A stretch of 64,000 bases of DNA from the NCBI GenBank assembly GCA_046331705.1, contig JAXLQJ010000029.1:1-64000 (forward strand). The letters run 5' to 3'. The stretch is from a bacterium. Its GTDB lineage: Bacteria > JADJOY01. Below are positions 19,746 through 29,917 of the stretch, piece by piece. The translations under genes were made by a program, and so were the position numbers. The notes under the pieces are model-generated. The model was not told where the DNA came from. It made no database searches and worked only from the letters and a program-made list of their open reading frames with translations. The number at the start of each line of letters is the position of its first letter. Within the stretch, counting starts at the first letter, position 1.

Positions 19746-22022
19746 GTGCATCCCGACCGCAGCTCCCCGGCGCCCGCCTTGCCGCGCCGCCCACTCGCGC
19801 GTGCGCTGACCGCGGCGTCCTTGCTCGTCGCGCTGACCCTCGCGGGCTGCGCCGGCCTGTTGCGCCCCCCCCGCGAGCGCGCGCCCGACTTCGTGGTCCA
19901 GCGCCGCTTCGAGCGCGCCGAGTCGCTCTACGAGCAAGGCCAGCTCACCGAGGCCTATCGTCTCTACGAGCAGCTCTGGGAAGACTACGAGCCGCACCGC
20001 TATTCCGTTCCCGCACGCATGCGAATGGCCGAGCTGGACCTCGCGCAGAAGCACCCGGAGCAGGCCGAGGACGCGCTGAAGGACGTGCTCGCCGCGAGTC
20101 CCACCGCCGACGTCGCCCAGCGGGCGCAGCTGCTCTACGGCGACGTGCTCTACGCCCGCGGCGAATGGGCCGGCGCGCGCGAGCACTATCAGGCGTATCT
20201 CGCGAGTAATCCCAAAGCGCCGGAAGCGGTCGCGATCTTGTCGCGGATCGGCGAGATCCACGAGCGGCGCGGCGAGTACGGGCTGGCGCTGCGCGCGTAC
20301 GACCGCGCGCTCGAGCTCGCCACCAAGGCCGAGGACGTGTCCAACGTCCAGCGCGCCGTGAACGCGGTGCTCGTGGGCGAGATCTCGACGGAGCAGCTCG
20401 AGGAGGTCGCCGGGCTCTACGCGGGGCGCGCGATCGGCGTGGCCGCCGCCCGCGTCGCGGAGGATCGCCGCCGCAATCCGCCGCGCATCGCGATCGCGCC
20501 CGTGGCCGTGGTGCCGCCACCGGCCGCACCCACATCCGCGCCGACCCCGACGCTCTCCTCACCGCAGCCGACGGCCCGCGAGAGCCTGGCCACGGCGGCC
20601 CTGCCACCGCTCGAGCCACCACCCACGAGCAGTCCGCTCGACGCCACCGCGACCACCGACGCGCTGGCAAGCTCGCCCCCCGCTGCTCCCGAGGACGCGC
20701 CGCCCGCGACGCAAACGGCGCAAGCCGCCCAATCCGCCACGGCGACGAGCGCTGCGCCCATGGCCGCCGAGGCGACGCCCGTCGCACCCGAGCTCACGGT
20801 CTCGCCCGATCTCGCCACGACCATCGCGCTGGAAGCGGACGTGGTCGCGCTCCAGCGCGCGCGGCAACGCAGCCAGTCCGCGGCGACGATCGTGTGCCTG
20901 CTGCCGCTCAGCGGGAAGTACGCGCCTTTCGGCCTGCGCGCCCTCGACGGCATCACCGAAGCCGCGGACGTGTTCCGCCCCGGCGCGAACGGCGATCCCG
21001 TCGTGCCCGTTCGCTTCTTGATCGGCGACACCCAGGGCGATCCGGACCACGCGCTCGCGCTCTTCGACGAGCTGGTCGAGCCGAATCACGCCATCGCGGT
21101 GGTCGGGCCGATGGTGGGCAAGGTCGCGGAGGTGATCTCCCAACGCACCGCCGCCCTCGGCATTCCCCTGATCACGCTGGCCCGCACGGCGCAGCTCGCC
21201 GGCGCGGGGCAATGGTCGTTTCGCGCCAGCCTCACCGACGCCGACCTGACCCACAACCTGGCGAAGGTCGCCGTCGAGGACATGGGCATCCGCCGCTTCG
21301 CCGTGCTCTTCCCCAACGAGCCCTACGGGATGGAGATCCGCGATCGGTTCGTGCAGGACGTGCGCGCGGCGGGCGGCGAGATCCGTGCCGTCGCGGGGTT
21401 CAGCCCCAACGCGTCGGACTTCTCGGCACCGATCAAAACGCTGCTCGCACGGCGCAAGCCCGGGGCACCCGACGGCTCGACTCCCGACGATCTCGGCTTC
21501 GACGCGCTCTTCGTCCCCGGCTCCGAATCGAACGTGAAGCTGCTCGCGCCACAGCTCGTCTTCCAGGACGTGACCGGCATCCAGCTCCTCGGCACCAACT
21601 CCTGGAACTCGACCAAGCTGATCGCCGACGTCGGATCGTCCATCCAGGGCGCGTTCTTCCTCGATGGTTTCTTTCCCGCCAGCCCGAACCCCGAGGTGCG
21701 CACCTTCGTCCAGCGCTTCAACCTCGACTTCGACCGCGAGGCGACGCTCATCGAGGCGCTCGCCTACGAGGCCGCCTACCTGATCCGCGAGCGCGTCGAG
21801 AGCGGCGCCGTCCGCACGCGCGACGAGCTGGCACGCGACCTCGCCACGATGACCGACTACCGCGGCGTCGCCGGACTCGCACGCTTCGACGCCAACGGCG
21901 ACGCCGTCCGCAAGCTCAAGGCGCTCACCGTCGCCGACGACGAGATCGTGCAGGTGCGCTGGCCCGTGGACCGCCCCGGCACCACCATTCGCGACATCCC
22001 CAGCGCCACCGCGCCGCGTTGA
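19746..22022 (+). CDS. LpoA/LppC-like lipoprotein (TPRs plus type I periplasmic binding fold)
   Basis: Lipobox LAGC, TPR repeats, low-complexity linker, LLPLSGKYA..G, VVGPM, FDALFVP, LLGTNSW; start uncertain. Confidence 0.78.
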   Translation: MHPDRSSPAPALPRRPLARALTAASLLVALTLAGCAGLLRPPRERAPDFVVQRRFERAESLYEQGQLTEAYRLYEQLWEDYEPHRYSVPARMRMAELDLAQKHPEQAEDALKDVLAASPTADVAQRAQLLYGDVLYARGEWAGAREHYQAYLASNPKAPEAVAILSRIGEIHERRGEYGLALRAYDRALELATKAEDVSNVQRAVNAVLVGEISTEQLEEVAGLYAGRAIGVAAARVAEDRRRNPPRIAIAPVAVVPPPAAPTSAPTPTLSSPQPTARESLATAALPPLEPPPTSSPLDATATTDALASSPPAAPEDAPPATQTAQAAQSATATSAAPMAAEATPVAPELTVSPDLATTIALEADVVALQRARQRSQSAATIVCLLPLSGKYAPFGLRALDGITEAADVFRPGANGDPVVPVRFLIGDTQGDPDHALALFDELVEPNHAIAVVGPMVGKVAEVISQRTAALGIPLITLARTAQLAGAGQWSFRASLTDADLTHNLAKVAVEDMGIRRFAVLFPNEPYGMEIRDRFVQDVRAAGGEIRAVAGFSPNASDFSAPIKTLLARRKPGAPDGSTPDDLGFDALFVPGSESNVKLLAPQLVFQDVTGIQLLGTNSWNSTKLIADVGSSIQGAFFLDGFFPASPNPEVRTFVQRFNLDFDREATLIEALAYEAAYLIRERVESGAVRTRDELARDLATMTDYRGVAGLARFDANGDAVRKLKALTVADDEIVQVRWPVDRPGTTIRDIPSATAPR

Positions 22023-22054
22023 GCGCGCGCGAGCCCACGCGCCGACGAGCCCCG

Positions 22055-23086
22055 ATGAAATTCGAAGATCTCGGCGAAGTGCAGTTCATCGAGCGCGTGC
22101 GCCAGCGCCTCGCCGCCGCGGAAGGCATCGCGATCGGCCTCGGCGACGACTGCGCCGAGGTCCACGGGTTCGACCGCGGCCGGCTGCTCGTGACCACCGA
22201 CCTGCTCCTCGAGGACGTCCACTTCCGCCTCACCACCACGACTCCCGAGCAGCTCGGCCACAAGATGCTCGCCGTGAACCTGAGCGACGTGGCGGCGATG
22301 GGCGGCGTCCCGCGCGTGTTCGTGTGCGGCCTGGGCGTGCCCGCGGAGCTCGACGTCGAGATCATCGAGCGGCTCTACGAAGGAGCGCTCGCGCTCGCAG
22401 ATCGCCACGAGGTCGCGCTGGTCGGCGGCGACACCAATCGCTCGGAGAGCGGCCTGGTGCTCGCGATCACGTTGCTCGCGTCGCCGCCGCGACGTGGCTC
22501 GCTCACGCGCGCGGCGGCACGCCCGGGCGACGTGCTCATGGTCACGGGCACGCTCGGCGACTCGGCGCTCGGCCTCAAGATCCTCGAGGAGGACTTGGTC
22601 AAGAATCCGCATCTGCCCGCGTTCGAGCAGCTCACGCGCCGCCACCTGGAGCCGATTCCGCGCATCGAGGCCGGCCGCGCGCTCGCCACCGAGCGCCTGG
22701 CGCACGCGGCGATCGACGTGAGCGACGGACTCGCCATCGACGCGACGCACCTGGCGGTGGAGAGCCAGGTGGGCATCGAGATCGACCTCGCCGCGATCCC
22801 GCTCAGCCCCGAGCTGGTCGCGGTCGCCCACGATCTCGGCCTCGATCCTCTCGAGATCGCCGCCGCCGGCGGCGAGGACTACGAGCTTCTCTTCTCGGTC
22901 TCGCCGCGGCGGGTGACCGAGGTCGAGGACTCGTTGACGCGCCTCGGCCTGCCGGTGACCGCCATCGGCCGCGTCACCGCGGAAGCCGGCAGCGTGCGCA
23001 TCGGCGATCGCGCCGCGAGCGAGTTCCGAAGCTTCCAGCACTTCGCGCACGCGGGCCGATCCGGGGGCGACGAGGGCGTGGGATGA
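22055..23086 (+). CDS. thiL: Thiamine-monophosphate kinase
   Basis: GLGDDCA, TTDLLLEDVHF, AVNLSDVAAMG, LVGGDT, AIDVSDGL, GGEDYELLF. Confidence 0.96.
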   Translation: MKFEDLGEVQFIERVRQRLAAAEGIAIGLGDDCAEVHGFDRGRLLVTTDLLLEDVHFRLTTTTPEQLGHKMLAVNLSDVAAMGGVPRVFVCGLGVPAELDVEIIERLYEGALALADRHEVALVGGDTNRSESGLVLAITLLASPPRRGSLTRAAARPGDVLMVTGTLGDSALGLKILEEDLVKNPHLPAFEQLTRRHLEPIPRIEAGRALATERLAHAAIDVSDGLAIDATHLAVESQVGIEIDLAAIPLSPELVAVAHDLGLDPLEIAAAGGEDYELLFSVSPRRVTEVEDSLTRLGLPVTAIGRVTAEAGSVRIGDRAASEFRSFQHFAHAGRSGGDEGVG

Positions 23087-24039
23087 GCAACGCCCGGCAC
23101 CTGCGCGCCGCGCGCCGCATCGTTCGCGCCGGCGCGCTGCTCGGCCTGGCGGCCGCCGCAGCAGCCTGCGGCGGTGGACAGCGCGGCGACGCGCTGCCCG
23201 TGGAAGCCTGGTCGCTCTCCGCCGATACCCTGACCACGCCGGGCCTTCACAGCCAGGGGCTCGCCTCGCTCCCCGAGCGCGGCGCCGACGTGATTGCGTT
23301 CACCAGCCGCTACACGCTGGACCGCGCCAACGGCGCCACCATCGAGAAGCTCGCGTCCGCGTTTCCAACGGCACTCGCGTCGCAGCGCTTCGATCATCTC
23401 GGCGACATCGACGGCTTCGCCGGCCAGATCTACGGCGGCCTGGAAGACAACGGCGAGCCCTACGGCGAGCGCTATCACCGCGCTCTGGTCGCCTACGACG
23501 CCGAGACGCTGGAGCCCGAAGCGTACGCGGTCGATCCCGGCGCTCCCGACGCGCCGGGCGATGGCGACGCGCCGTGGGTCACGGTCTCGCCGGATGGCGC
23601 GTGGGTGGTGAGCGGCGAGTGGGATCCGCAGGACTCGCTCCTCGTGTTCCGCCGCGACGCGATCCTGGCCGGCGGCGAGATCGAGACCGTGGTGAGAATC
23701 CCGCTGGACGTCCCCCTGGCGCGGATCCAGGGCTGCGACTTCGATGGCCCGCGGGTGCTGGTCTGCGCGTCCGACGACGCCGCCACCGGCAAGCTGGTGT
23801 CGGCGATCGTCCTCTCCGCGCCACTCGGCGCCACGGTCGACCTCGCTTCCGTGACCGCGCACGTCGAACCGCTCTTCCCCGTGCTCATCCCACCCGACGT
23901 GTGCGGTGCGGAGGCCGAGGTGGAGGGCGTCGACGTCGACGGCGACGAGCTACGAGTGATGGTGATCGGCTCGTGCCTGCTCGACACCCACGTCGACCGC
24001 TACGTTCGCGACGCCGCAGGTCGCGCGCGCTCCGGCTGA
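23083..24039 (+). CDS. Hypothetical lipoprotein (possible beta-propeller)
   Basis: Lipobox AAAC; HSQG, DHLGDID, RIQGCDF, EVEG motifs; ATGA overlap with thiL. Confidence 0.6.
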   Translation: MSNARHLRAARRIVRAGALLGLAAAAAACGGGQRGDALPVEAWSLSADTLTTPGLHSQGLASLPERGADVIAFTSRYTLDRANGATIEKLASAFPTALASQRFDHLGDIDGFAGQIYGGLEDNGEPYGERYHRALVAYDAETLEPEAYAVDPGAPDAPGDGDAPWVTVSPDGAWVVSGEWDPQDSLLVFRRDAILAGGEIETVVRIPLDVPLARIQGCDFDGPRVLVCASDDAATGKLVSAIVLSAPLGATVDLASVTAHVEPLFPVLIPPDVCGAEAEVEGVDVDGDELRVMVIGSCLLDTHVDRYVRDAAGRARSG

Positions 24040-24171
24040 AGCGAAGTCCACCGCCGCGCGCACTCGCGCGAGCGCCGTGACGGCGCGCCGGCGAGGCGCG
24101 GCTCGCCGATACGCGTGATAGAGTGCGGCGCCCGCAGGCGCCGGCCCGACGCCGTTTCGCGAGCGAGATCG

Positions 24172-24921
24172 ATGAATCCGGACCGGTTGCGCGAGCTGTT
24201 GCAGGAAGTGCGCGGTGGCCACGTCGACGTGGACGCCGCACTCGAGCGTCTGGCGCAGCTCCCCTACCAGGACCTCGGCTTCGCGCGCGTCGATCACCAT
24301 CGCGCGTTGCGCAAGGGGTTCCCGGAAGTCGTCTACGGTGGCGGCAAGACCGCGACGCAGATCGTGGCGATCGTGCGCGCCCTCGTGAAAGCAGGCTCGA
24401 ACGCGCTGGTGACGCGCGTCGATCCGGACAAGGCGCGCGCCGTGCGGCGGCGCCTACCCAAGGCGCGCTACCACGAGGACGCGCGCGCGCTGACGCTGAT
24501 CACCGCGCCGCTCAAGCCCGCGGGTCGCGGCACCGTCGTCGTGGTCAGCGCCGGCACCTCCGATCAGCCGGTCGCCGAGGAAGCGGCGGTGACGCTCGAG
24601 TTGATGGGCCAGCGCATCGACAAGGTCTACGACGTGGGCGTGGCGGGCCTGCACCGCTTGCTCGGCGATGCGGCGCGGTTGCGCGAGGCGAGCGTCTTGA
24701 TCGTGGTCGCGGGCATGGAAGGCGCGCTCCCCAGCGTGGTCGCCGGCCTGGTCTCCAAGCCGGTGATCGCGGTGCCGACGAGCGTCGGATACGGCGCGAG
24801 CTTCGGCGGTGTCGCCGCGCTGCTCGGCATGCTCACCAGCTGCGCCTCCGGTGTCGCCGTCGTCAACATCGACAACGGCTTCGGCGCCGCGTGCATCGCG
24901 GCGCTCATCAACCGGGTGTGA
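24172..24921 (+). CDS. larB: Nickel-pincer cofactor biosynthesis protein LarB
   Basis: DHHRALRKGFPEVV, AGTSDQPVAEEA, DVGVAGLHRL, VAGMEGALPSVV, PTSVGYG, VVNIDNGFGA. Confidence 0.95.
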   Translation: MNPDRLRELLQEVRGGHVDVDAALERLAQLPYQDLGFARVDHHRALRKGFPEVVYGGGKTATQIVAIVRALVKAGSNALVTRVDPDKARAVRRRLPKARYHEDARALTLITAPLKPAGRGTVVVVSAGTSDQPVAEEAAVTLELMGQRIDKVYDVGVAGLHRLLGDAARLREASVLIVVAGMEGALPSVVAGLVSKPVIAVPTSVGYGASFGGVAALLGMLTSCASGVAVVNIDNGFGAACIAALINRV

Positions 24922-24933
24922 GGCCGACCGCGC

Positions 24934-26361
24934 GTGACGATCGCCTACCTCGACTGCTTCGCGGGCCTGAGCGGCGATCTCTTCCTCGGCGCGCTCGTCG
25001 ACCTCGGCTATCCGGGCGAGGAGCTGCGGCGGGTCGCGCGCGCCGTCGTGGGTGACCAGGCGCACCTGCACATCCGCCGCGAAGCGCGCCACGGGATCGT
25101 GGGCACGCGCGTGATCGTCGAGCTCGACGTTCCCGCCAGCGCGAGCGCCGCCGGGCCGAGCGTGGACCACGCGGAGATGGGCGAGACCGCCACCGCCACA
25201 CATCCGCACTCGCACTCGCACTCTCACGCGGAGTCGCACGGCCACGCGCATTCCCACGATCACGATCACGACCACGAGCACGGGCACGAGCATCCGCATC
25301 CGCTCCCGCCCTTCCACGGCGCCGCGCACGCGAGTCACGGCCCGCGGCGAGCGCACTCCCGCGCGCACACGGGTTGGCGCGAGATCCGAGCTCTCATCCA
25401 GGCCGCCGACCTCAGCCCCTCCGTGCGGGAGCGATCGCTCGCGGTCTTCGAGCGGCTGGCGCACGTCGAGGCGCGGATTCACGGCATCGCCGTGGAGGAC
25501 GTCGCATTCCACGAGGTGGGCGCCGTGGACGCGCTGGTCGACATCGTGGGCACGGCGGCGGGCGTCGAGGCGCTGGCGCTCGATTCCATCGTCTCGGCAC
25601 CACCGGTGCTCGGCAGCGGCTTCGTCGACACCGCGCACGGCCGCATGCCGGTCCCCGCGCCGGCGACCCTGGCACTGCTCGCGGGAGTACCGCTGCCGGG
25701 CACCTCACCGGCGCCTGGCGAGCGCACCACGCCCACGGGAGCAGCGCTCGCGGTGACCCTCGCCTCTCGCTTCGGCGCGAGGCCAGACATGGTGGTCGAG
25801 CGCATCGGCTACGGCGTCGCCACCCAGGACCCGCGCGAGGTGCCCAACCTGCTGCGCGTGTGGGTGGGTCAGCCGATCGCGATCGGCGCAGCAGACGAGC
25901 GCATCCGCGCCGCGACCGACTACGTGGACATCGTCGAGGCCGAGATCGACGACATGAACCCCGAGCTCTTCGGCCACCTCGCCGAGCGGATGCGCGCCGC
26001 GGGCGCGCTCGACGTGCTGCTCACGCCGGTGCAGATGAAGAAGGGGCGCCCCGGAACCTCGATCCGCGTGCTGACGCGAGCGGGCGAAGGCGAGCGCCTG
26101 GCCGCGCGACTGCTGGTGGAATCGACGTCCACCGGCGCGCGCATCACCCACGCCACGCGCGTCAAGCTCGCCCGCGAGGTGCGGAGCGTGGGCACGCCGC
26201 TCGGCGCGGTGCGGGTGAAGGTCATCGAGGTCGGCGATGGCACGCGCCGGCTCCATCCCGAATACGAGGACGTCTGTCGGCTCGCCGACCAGCACGGCTT
26301 GCCGCTGGTCGAGTGCGAGCGGCGGATCGTCGTCGCGCTCGCGCGCGAGGAGAACGCATGA
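24934..26361 (+). CDS. larC: Nickel-pincer cofactor Ni insertase LarC
   Basis: YLDCFAGLSGD, His-rich tract, FHEVGAVDA, AHGRMPVPAPAT, TPTGAA, IDDMNPE, MKKGRPG, PEYED. Confidence 0.95.
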   Translation: MTIAYLDCFAGLSGDLFLGALVDLGYPGEELRRVARAVVGDQAHLHIRREARHGIVGTRVIVELDVPASASAAGPSVDHAEMGETATATHPHSHSHSHAESHGHAHSHDHDHDHEHGHEHPHPLPPFHGAAHASHGPRRAHSRAHTGWREIRALIQAADLSPSVRERSLAVFERLAHVEARIHGIAVEDVAFHEVGAVDALVDIVGTAAGVEALALDSIVSAPPVLGSGFVDTAHGRMPVPAPATLALLAGVPLPGTSPAPGERTTPTGAALAVTLASRFGARPDMVVERIGYGVATQDPREVPNLLRVWVGQPIAIGAADERIRAATDYVDIVEAEIDDMNPELFGHLAERMRAAGALDVLLTPVQMKKGRPGTSIRVLTRAGEGERLAARLLVESTSTGARITHATRVKLAREVRSVGTPLGAVRVKVIEVGDGTRRLHPEYEDVCRLADQHGLPLVECERRIVVALAREENA

Positions 26362-28034
26362 AGTGGGACTACCTGGATCACGCTGCCGCGCGAGGGGCGG
26401 ACGGCCTGCGCGTCGTGTTGCTCGCGTTCGCGCTCGCGGCCAGCGCGTGCGGCGGGTCCGGGGGCGGCGGCGGCGACGCCGGCACGCCGCGCTCGGAACC
26501 GCTGCTGCCACCGCCGTCTCCGAAGGACGCTTCCGCGTTCACCAACGCACCCGAGCTCCACCTCGCCTCGGGTGTCGCGCCCGAGCACATCGTGCGCATC
26601 TCGCAGAACGCGTTGCGGCAGTACGAGCACCTCACGATCGCGAGCCTGCAGGGACTGGTGGCGCGCGGCAGCACCGAGCTGATCTGGATCGAGCCCAACG
26701 AAGACCAACCGTGGATCGATCACGTCGTCGCGACCCGCGGGATCACGTGGGACCGCGAGTTCGACGCCCTCGACATGCTGGCGCGCTTTCGCGACCACAT
26801 CCCGGGTTACGTCCGCATCGACTCGCAAGGATTGCCGGACTCGATCAACGCCGGGATCTCGTTCGCGGGGCTGGTGGGCGCGATCGCCGTCGATCGGCGC
26901 CAGGAGCTCCACGTCGCGCCTCTCGAGATCCCCATGCTCAACGATCTGACCGGCTACGACGAGGCGCATCTGCTCGCCGAGCATCCGGGCGCGTTCGATC
27001 GTTCCATCGTGTTCGAGCAGCGCGAGGACATCCTGCCGCTGCTCAAGGATCTGCCCGTGCTGACCGGTGGTTTCGTGTACCACGATGGCGAGGGCCGCAG
27101 CCCCTTCGGCCTCAGCGTGCTGGCGAGCCAGCCGCCCGGCGGCTTCTTGATGGGCTGGCGCGGGCAGCAGAGCGAGCAGCCGATGGTCGAGGACGCGTCG
27201 CTCAACTCGCTCGCGCTCATCGCGTGCGATACCTGCCAGAACCTCTCGACACTCGCTCAGTTCTCGTACCAGCCCCCGGTGCGCGCACCCCGCCCGCCCG
27301 TCCCCGCGCTCGAGCCCGGCGTCCACTACGTCTCGCTGCTGGTCACCGATGGCGACAACATCGGCTTCCTGATGAACGACGTGTGGAAGCAGAAGTACTT
27401 CGGCAACGGCCTGCGCGGCACGTACCCGCTGACCTGGGAGCTCTCGCCGGCGCTGGTGCGGATCGCGCCGCCGATCCTCGAGTGGTACCTCGGACACGGC
27501 ACGCCGAACGATTCGTTCGTGGCCGGCCCGTCGGGGAAGGGCTACATCCTGCCGCACCTCGAGCCCAACCTGAACCGGTTCCTGGACGAGACCGAGCCGA
27601 TGCTCTGGGAATCGGGGCTGCACATCGCGACGGTGATCGACGAGCTTCCGATCGCGAGCGGCGCCTACAACCCGTATCTCAATCGCGCTTCGATCGACGC
27701 CGTCATCGCCAAGATCGGTCGCTACTACAGCGCTGGCCAAGGCGCAGTGCGCTGGGTGGGCGACAAGCCGATCATCTCGGTCCGGACGGCGATCTGGGAG
27801 GGATTCCAGACACCCGAGCAAGCGGCCGCCGCCATCAGCGCGCTGCCCCGCGCGCCAGGCGCGAACACCGATGCCGTGAGCGTCGTCGTCATCCACCCGT
27901 TCTCCCGATTCGGCGCCAGCGAGCGCGACTACGCGCTGGTGGAGATCGGCCGTCGCTTCCGCGACAGCCTCGCGTCCCACGTTCGCCTGGTTCCGATCGA
28001 GGAGCTGATCCAGCACGCCAAGGAGCTGCGCTGA
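26358..28034 (+). CDS. GxGYxYP-family putative glycoside hydrolase lipoprotein
   Basis: Lipobox ASAC, ASLQGLV, TDGDN, GPSGKGYILP motif; ATGA overlap with larC. Confidence 0.75.
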   Translation: MKWDYLDHAAARGADGLRVVLLAFALAASACGGSGGGGGDAGTPRSEPLLPPPSPKDASAFTNAPELHLASGVAPEHIVRISQNALRQYEHLTIASLQGLVARGSTELIWIEPNEDQPWIDHVVATRGITWDREFDALDMLARFRDHIPGYVRIDSQGLPDSINAGISFAGLVGAIAVDRRQELHVAPLEIPMLNDLTGYDEAHLLAEHPGAFDRSIVFEQREDILPLLKDLPVLTGGFVYHDGEGRSPFGLSVLASQPPGGFLMGWRGQQSEQPMVEDASLNSLALIACDTCQNLSTLAQFSYQPPVRAPRPPVPALEPGVHYVSLLVTDGDNIGFLMNDVWKQKYFGNGLRGTYPLTWELSPALVRIAPPILEWYLGHGTPNDSFVAGPSGKGYILPHLEPNLNRFLDETEPMLWESGLHIATVIDELPIASGAYNPYLNRASIDAVIAKIGRYYSAGQGAVRWVGDKPIISVRTAIWEGFQTPEQAAAAISALPRAPGANTDAVSVVVIHPFSRFGASERDYALVEIGRRFRDSLASHVRLVPIEELIQHAKELR

Positions 28035-28069
28035 CGCGTCCGTTCGCGACCAGCAACGCCAGCCGCGCC

Positions 28070-29413
28070 GTGAGCGCTTGGGCCACGGCGGTGATCGCGA
28101 TCACGATCATCGGCTCGGCGAAGCCGATGATCCGCGGGGCGGATGCGATCGCGCGCTTCGAGATGCAGCGCTGGCTGTTCGCACGCGGATCCGAGGCCCC
28201 GGGCTTCGAGCGGAAGTACAACGCGAGCCTGCCGGTGCTCGCGGCACCCCTCTTCTGGCTCGGCCGTGTCACGGCGACAGGCGATGCGCCCGAACACCAG
28301 GAGCGGCACGTCCGCGCCACCGTCGCGCAATTCAACCACGTGGTGCTGGCGGCGCTACTCGCGTGGCTCTTCCACCGCCTGGTGCGCGGCGCAGGACTGG
28401 CACCCGCGCAGGCGCTTGCCGGCGTGTGGATCACGCTCGTCACCTCGCTGGCGCTGCCGCACAGCCGCGACTTCTACTCGGAGCTCGCCTGGAGCGCGGC
28501 GCTGCTGGTGGCGATCGACGCACTGGCGTCGGCGCGCACCGCCGGGACGCTCGGCTCCGAGATCACGACCGGCGTCGCCAGCGCCGCGGCGGTTTGGCTC
28601 AATCCGATGCTGGCACCCATCTGGGCGCTCGCTGCAGGAGCAATCTGGCTCGCGGCGGGCGCGAAGCAGCGCGGGGCGCGGCGCGCGCTGGGCGCGACCG
28701 CCGCGGGCATCACCCTCGGCCTCGCCCTTCAGGCCCTCGAGAACTGGCTCGAACGCGGCCACCCACTGCGCAGCGGGTATGGCGGAGAATCGTTCACGTT
28801 TCGTCCCGCGGGCGTGTGGGGATTGCTGATATCCCCCGGCAAGGGCGCACTCTTCTATCTGCCACAGATCGGGCTCTTGGCCGTCGTCGTGCGGTGGCGT
28901 GCCGGCTCCGACCGCCTGCGCTGCTGGGCCCGCCCGCGGCTGGCCGGCGCCGCGGCGGCGACGTTGCTGTTGCTCGTGACCTACGGGAGCTGGTGGTCCT
29001 GGAGCGGCGCGCGCTACTTCGGTCCGCGCTTCCTGCTCTTTCCATCCGTCCTCGGCAGCGTCGTGCTCGGCGTCGTGGCGGCGCACTGGTCGCGGTTGAC
29101 GACGGCCGCGAGAGCCGTGGTTGTGGCGTTGTGCTGCTACTGCACGTTCACGACCTTGCTTGGCCTCACGGTCAATCAGCGCTACTTCGACGAATGCACC
29201 CAAGGCTGGGAAGCGTGCCACTGGAGCTGGGCCGAGTCCCCGTGGTGGGTGTTCACGAAGCCGCCGGCCGAATTCGGACGGGTCCTCGTCAGCCGCGCCG
29301 CTGTCAGCTTGGCCGTCGGAACGGCCTTGATCGCGTTCTGCGTGCGCAAACTACGGATCATCGCGGCGACGGCGCGGCGCCGTGGGTGGAACGCAGCCGA
29401 GAACGCCGCCTGA
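28070..29413 (+). CDS. Polytopic membrane protein, possibly glycosylation-related
   Basis: Multiple TM helices; DFYSE, GLLISPGKG, W.WSGARYFGPRFL motifs; start approximate. Confidence 0.6.
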   Translation: MSAWATAVIAITIIGSAKPMIRGADAIARFEMQRWLFARGSEAPGFERKYNASLPVLAAPLFWLGRVTATGDAPEHQERHVRATVAQFNHVVLAALLAWLFHRLVRGAGLAPAQALAGVWITLVTSLALPHSRDFYSELAWSAALLVAIDALASARTAGTLGSEITTGVASAAAVWLNPMLAPIWALAAGAIWLAAGAKQRGARRALGATAAGITLGLALQALENWLERGHPLRSGYGGESFTFRPAGVWGLLISPGKGALFYLPQIGLLAVVVRWRAGSDRLRCWARPRLAGAAAATLLLLVTYGSWWSWSGARYFGPRFLLFPSVLGSVVLGVVAAHWSRLTTAARAVVVALCCYCTFTTLLGLTVNQRYFDECTQGWEACHWSWAESPWWVFTKPPAEFGRVLVSRAAVSLAVGTALIAFCVRKLRIIAATARRRGWNAAENAA

Positions 29414-29416
29414 CGT

Positions 29417-29830
29417 TCAGTGGAAGGTGCGGCCTTCGGTGCCGTTGAGCTGGACGACGATCTTGCTCTCCAGCTCCTCGAGGCGAAACGGCTTGGCGAG
29501 GACCTCGTCGGCGCCGAGATTCCGTTCGTCGGTCTGGCGATCACGCCGGTTGCGGAGCACGCGCCCCGTGACGATGACCTTGGTGCGTCGACCGAAGGGC
29601 GTGTCCTTGATCTTCTCGCAGAGCGCCACGCCATCGAGCGTGGGCGCCAGCGCGTCGAGGATCACGAGGTCCGGTTGTTCCTTGAGGAAGAGCGCGTAGC
29701 CTTCCAGGCCGTCCCGGCCCCAGAAGGTCTCGTAGTCCCGCTCGTTCAGGTAATCGCAGAGCGCCTCGCCGAGCGCTTCCGAGTGCTCGACGATCAGAAT
29801 CTTCTTCTTGATGGGCGCTTCGAAATCCAC
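29417..29830 (-). CDS. Stand-alone response regulator receiver protein
   Basis: KILIVEH, PDLVILD, DGVALC, VIVT, AKPF. Confidence 0.85.
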   Translation of the reverse strand: MDFEAPIKKKILIVEHSEALGEALCDYLNERDYETFWGRDGLEGYALFLKEQPDLVILDALAPTLDGVALCEKIKDTPFGRRTKVIVTGRVLRNRRDRQTDERNLGADEVLAKPFRLEELESKIVVQLNGTEGRTFH

Positions 29831-29836
29831 AGGCCC

Positions 29837-29865
29837 ACGATAGACACCTGGCGGGGGATTGTCAA
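29837..29865 (-). promoter_or_regulatory. sigma70 promoter TTGACA-N17-TATCGT, probably giving a leaderless mRNA
   Basis: Only 6 nt lie between the -10 and the GTG start at 29830; no SD. Confidence 0.65.
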
Positions 29866-29917
29866 CGAAGCACGCCGACGGCGCGACCGCGCACGAATGC
29901 CTTGTTTTCGGGCATTT

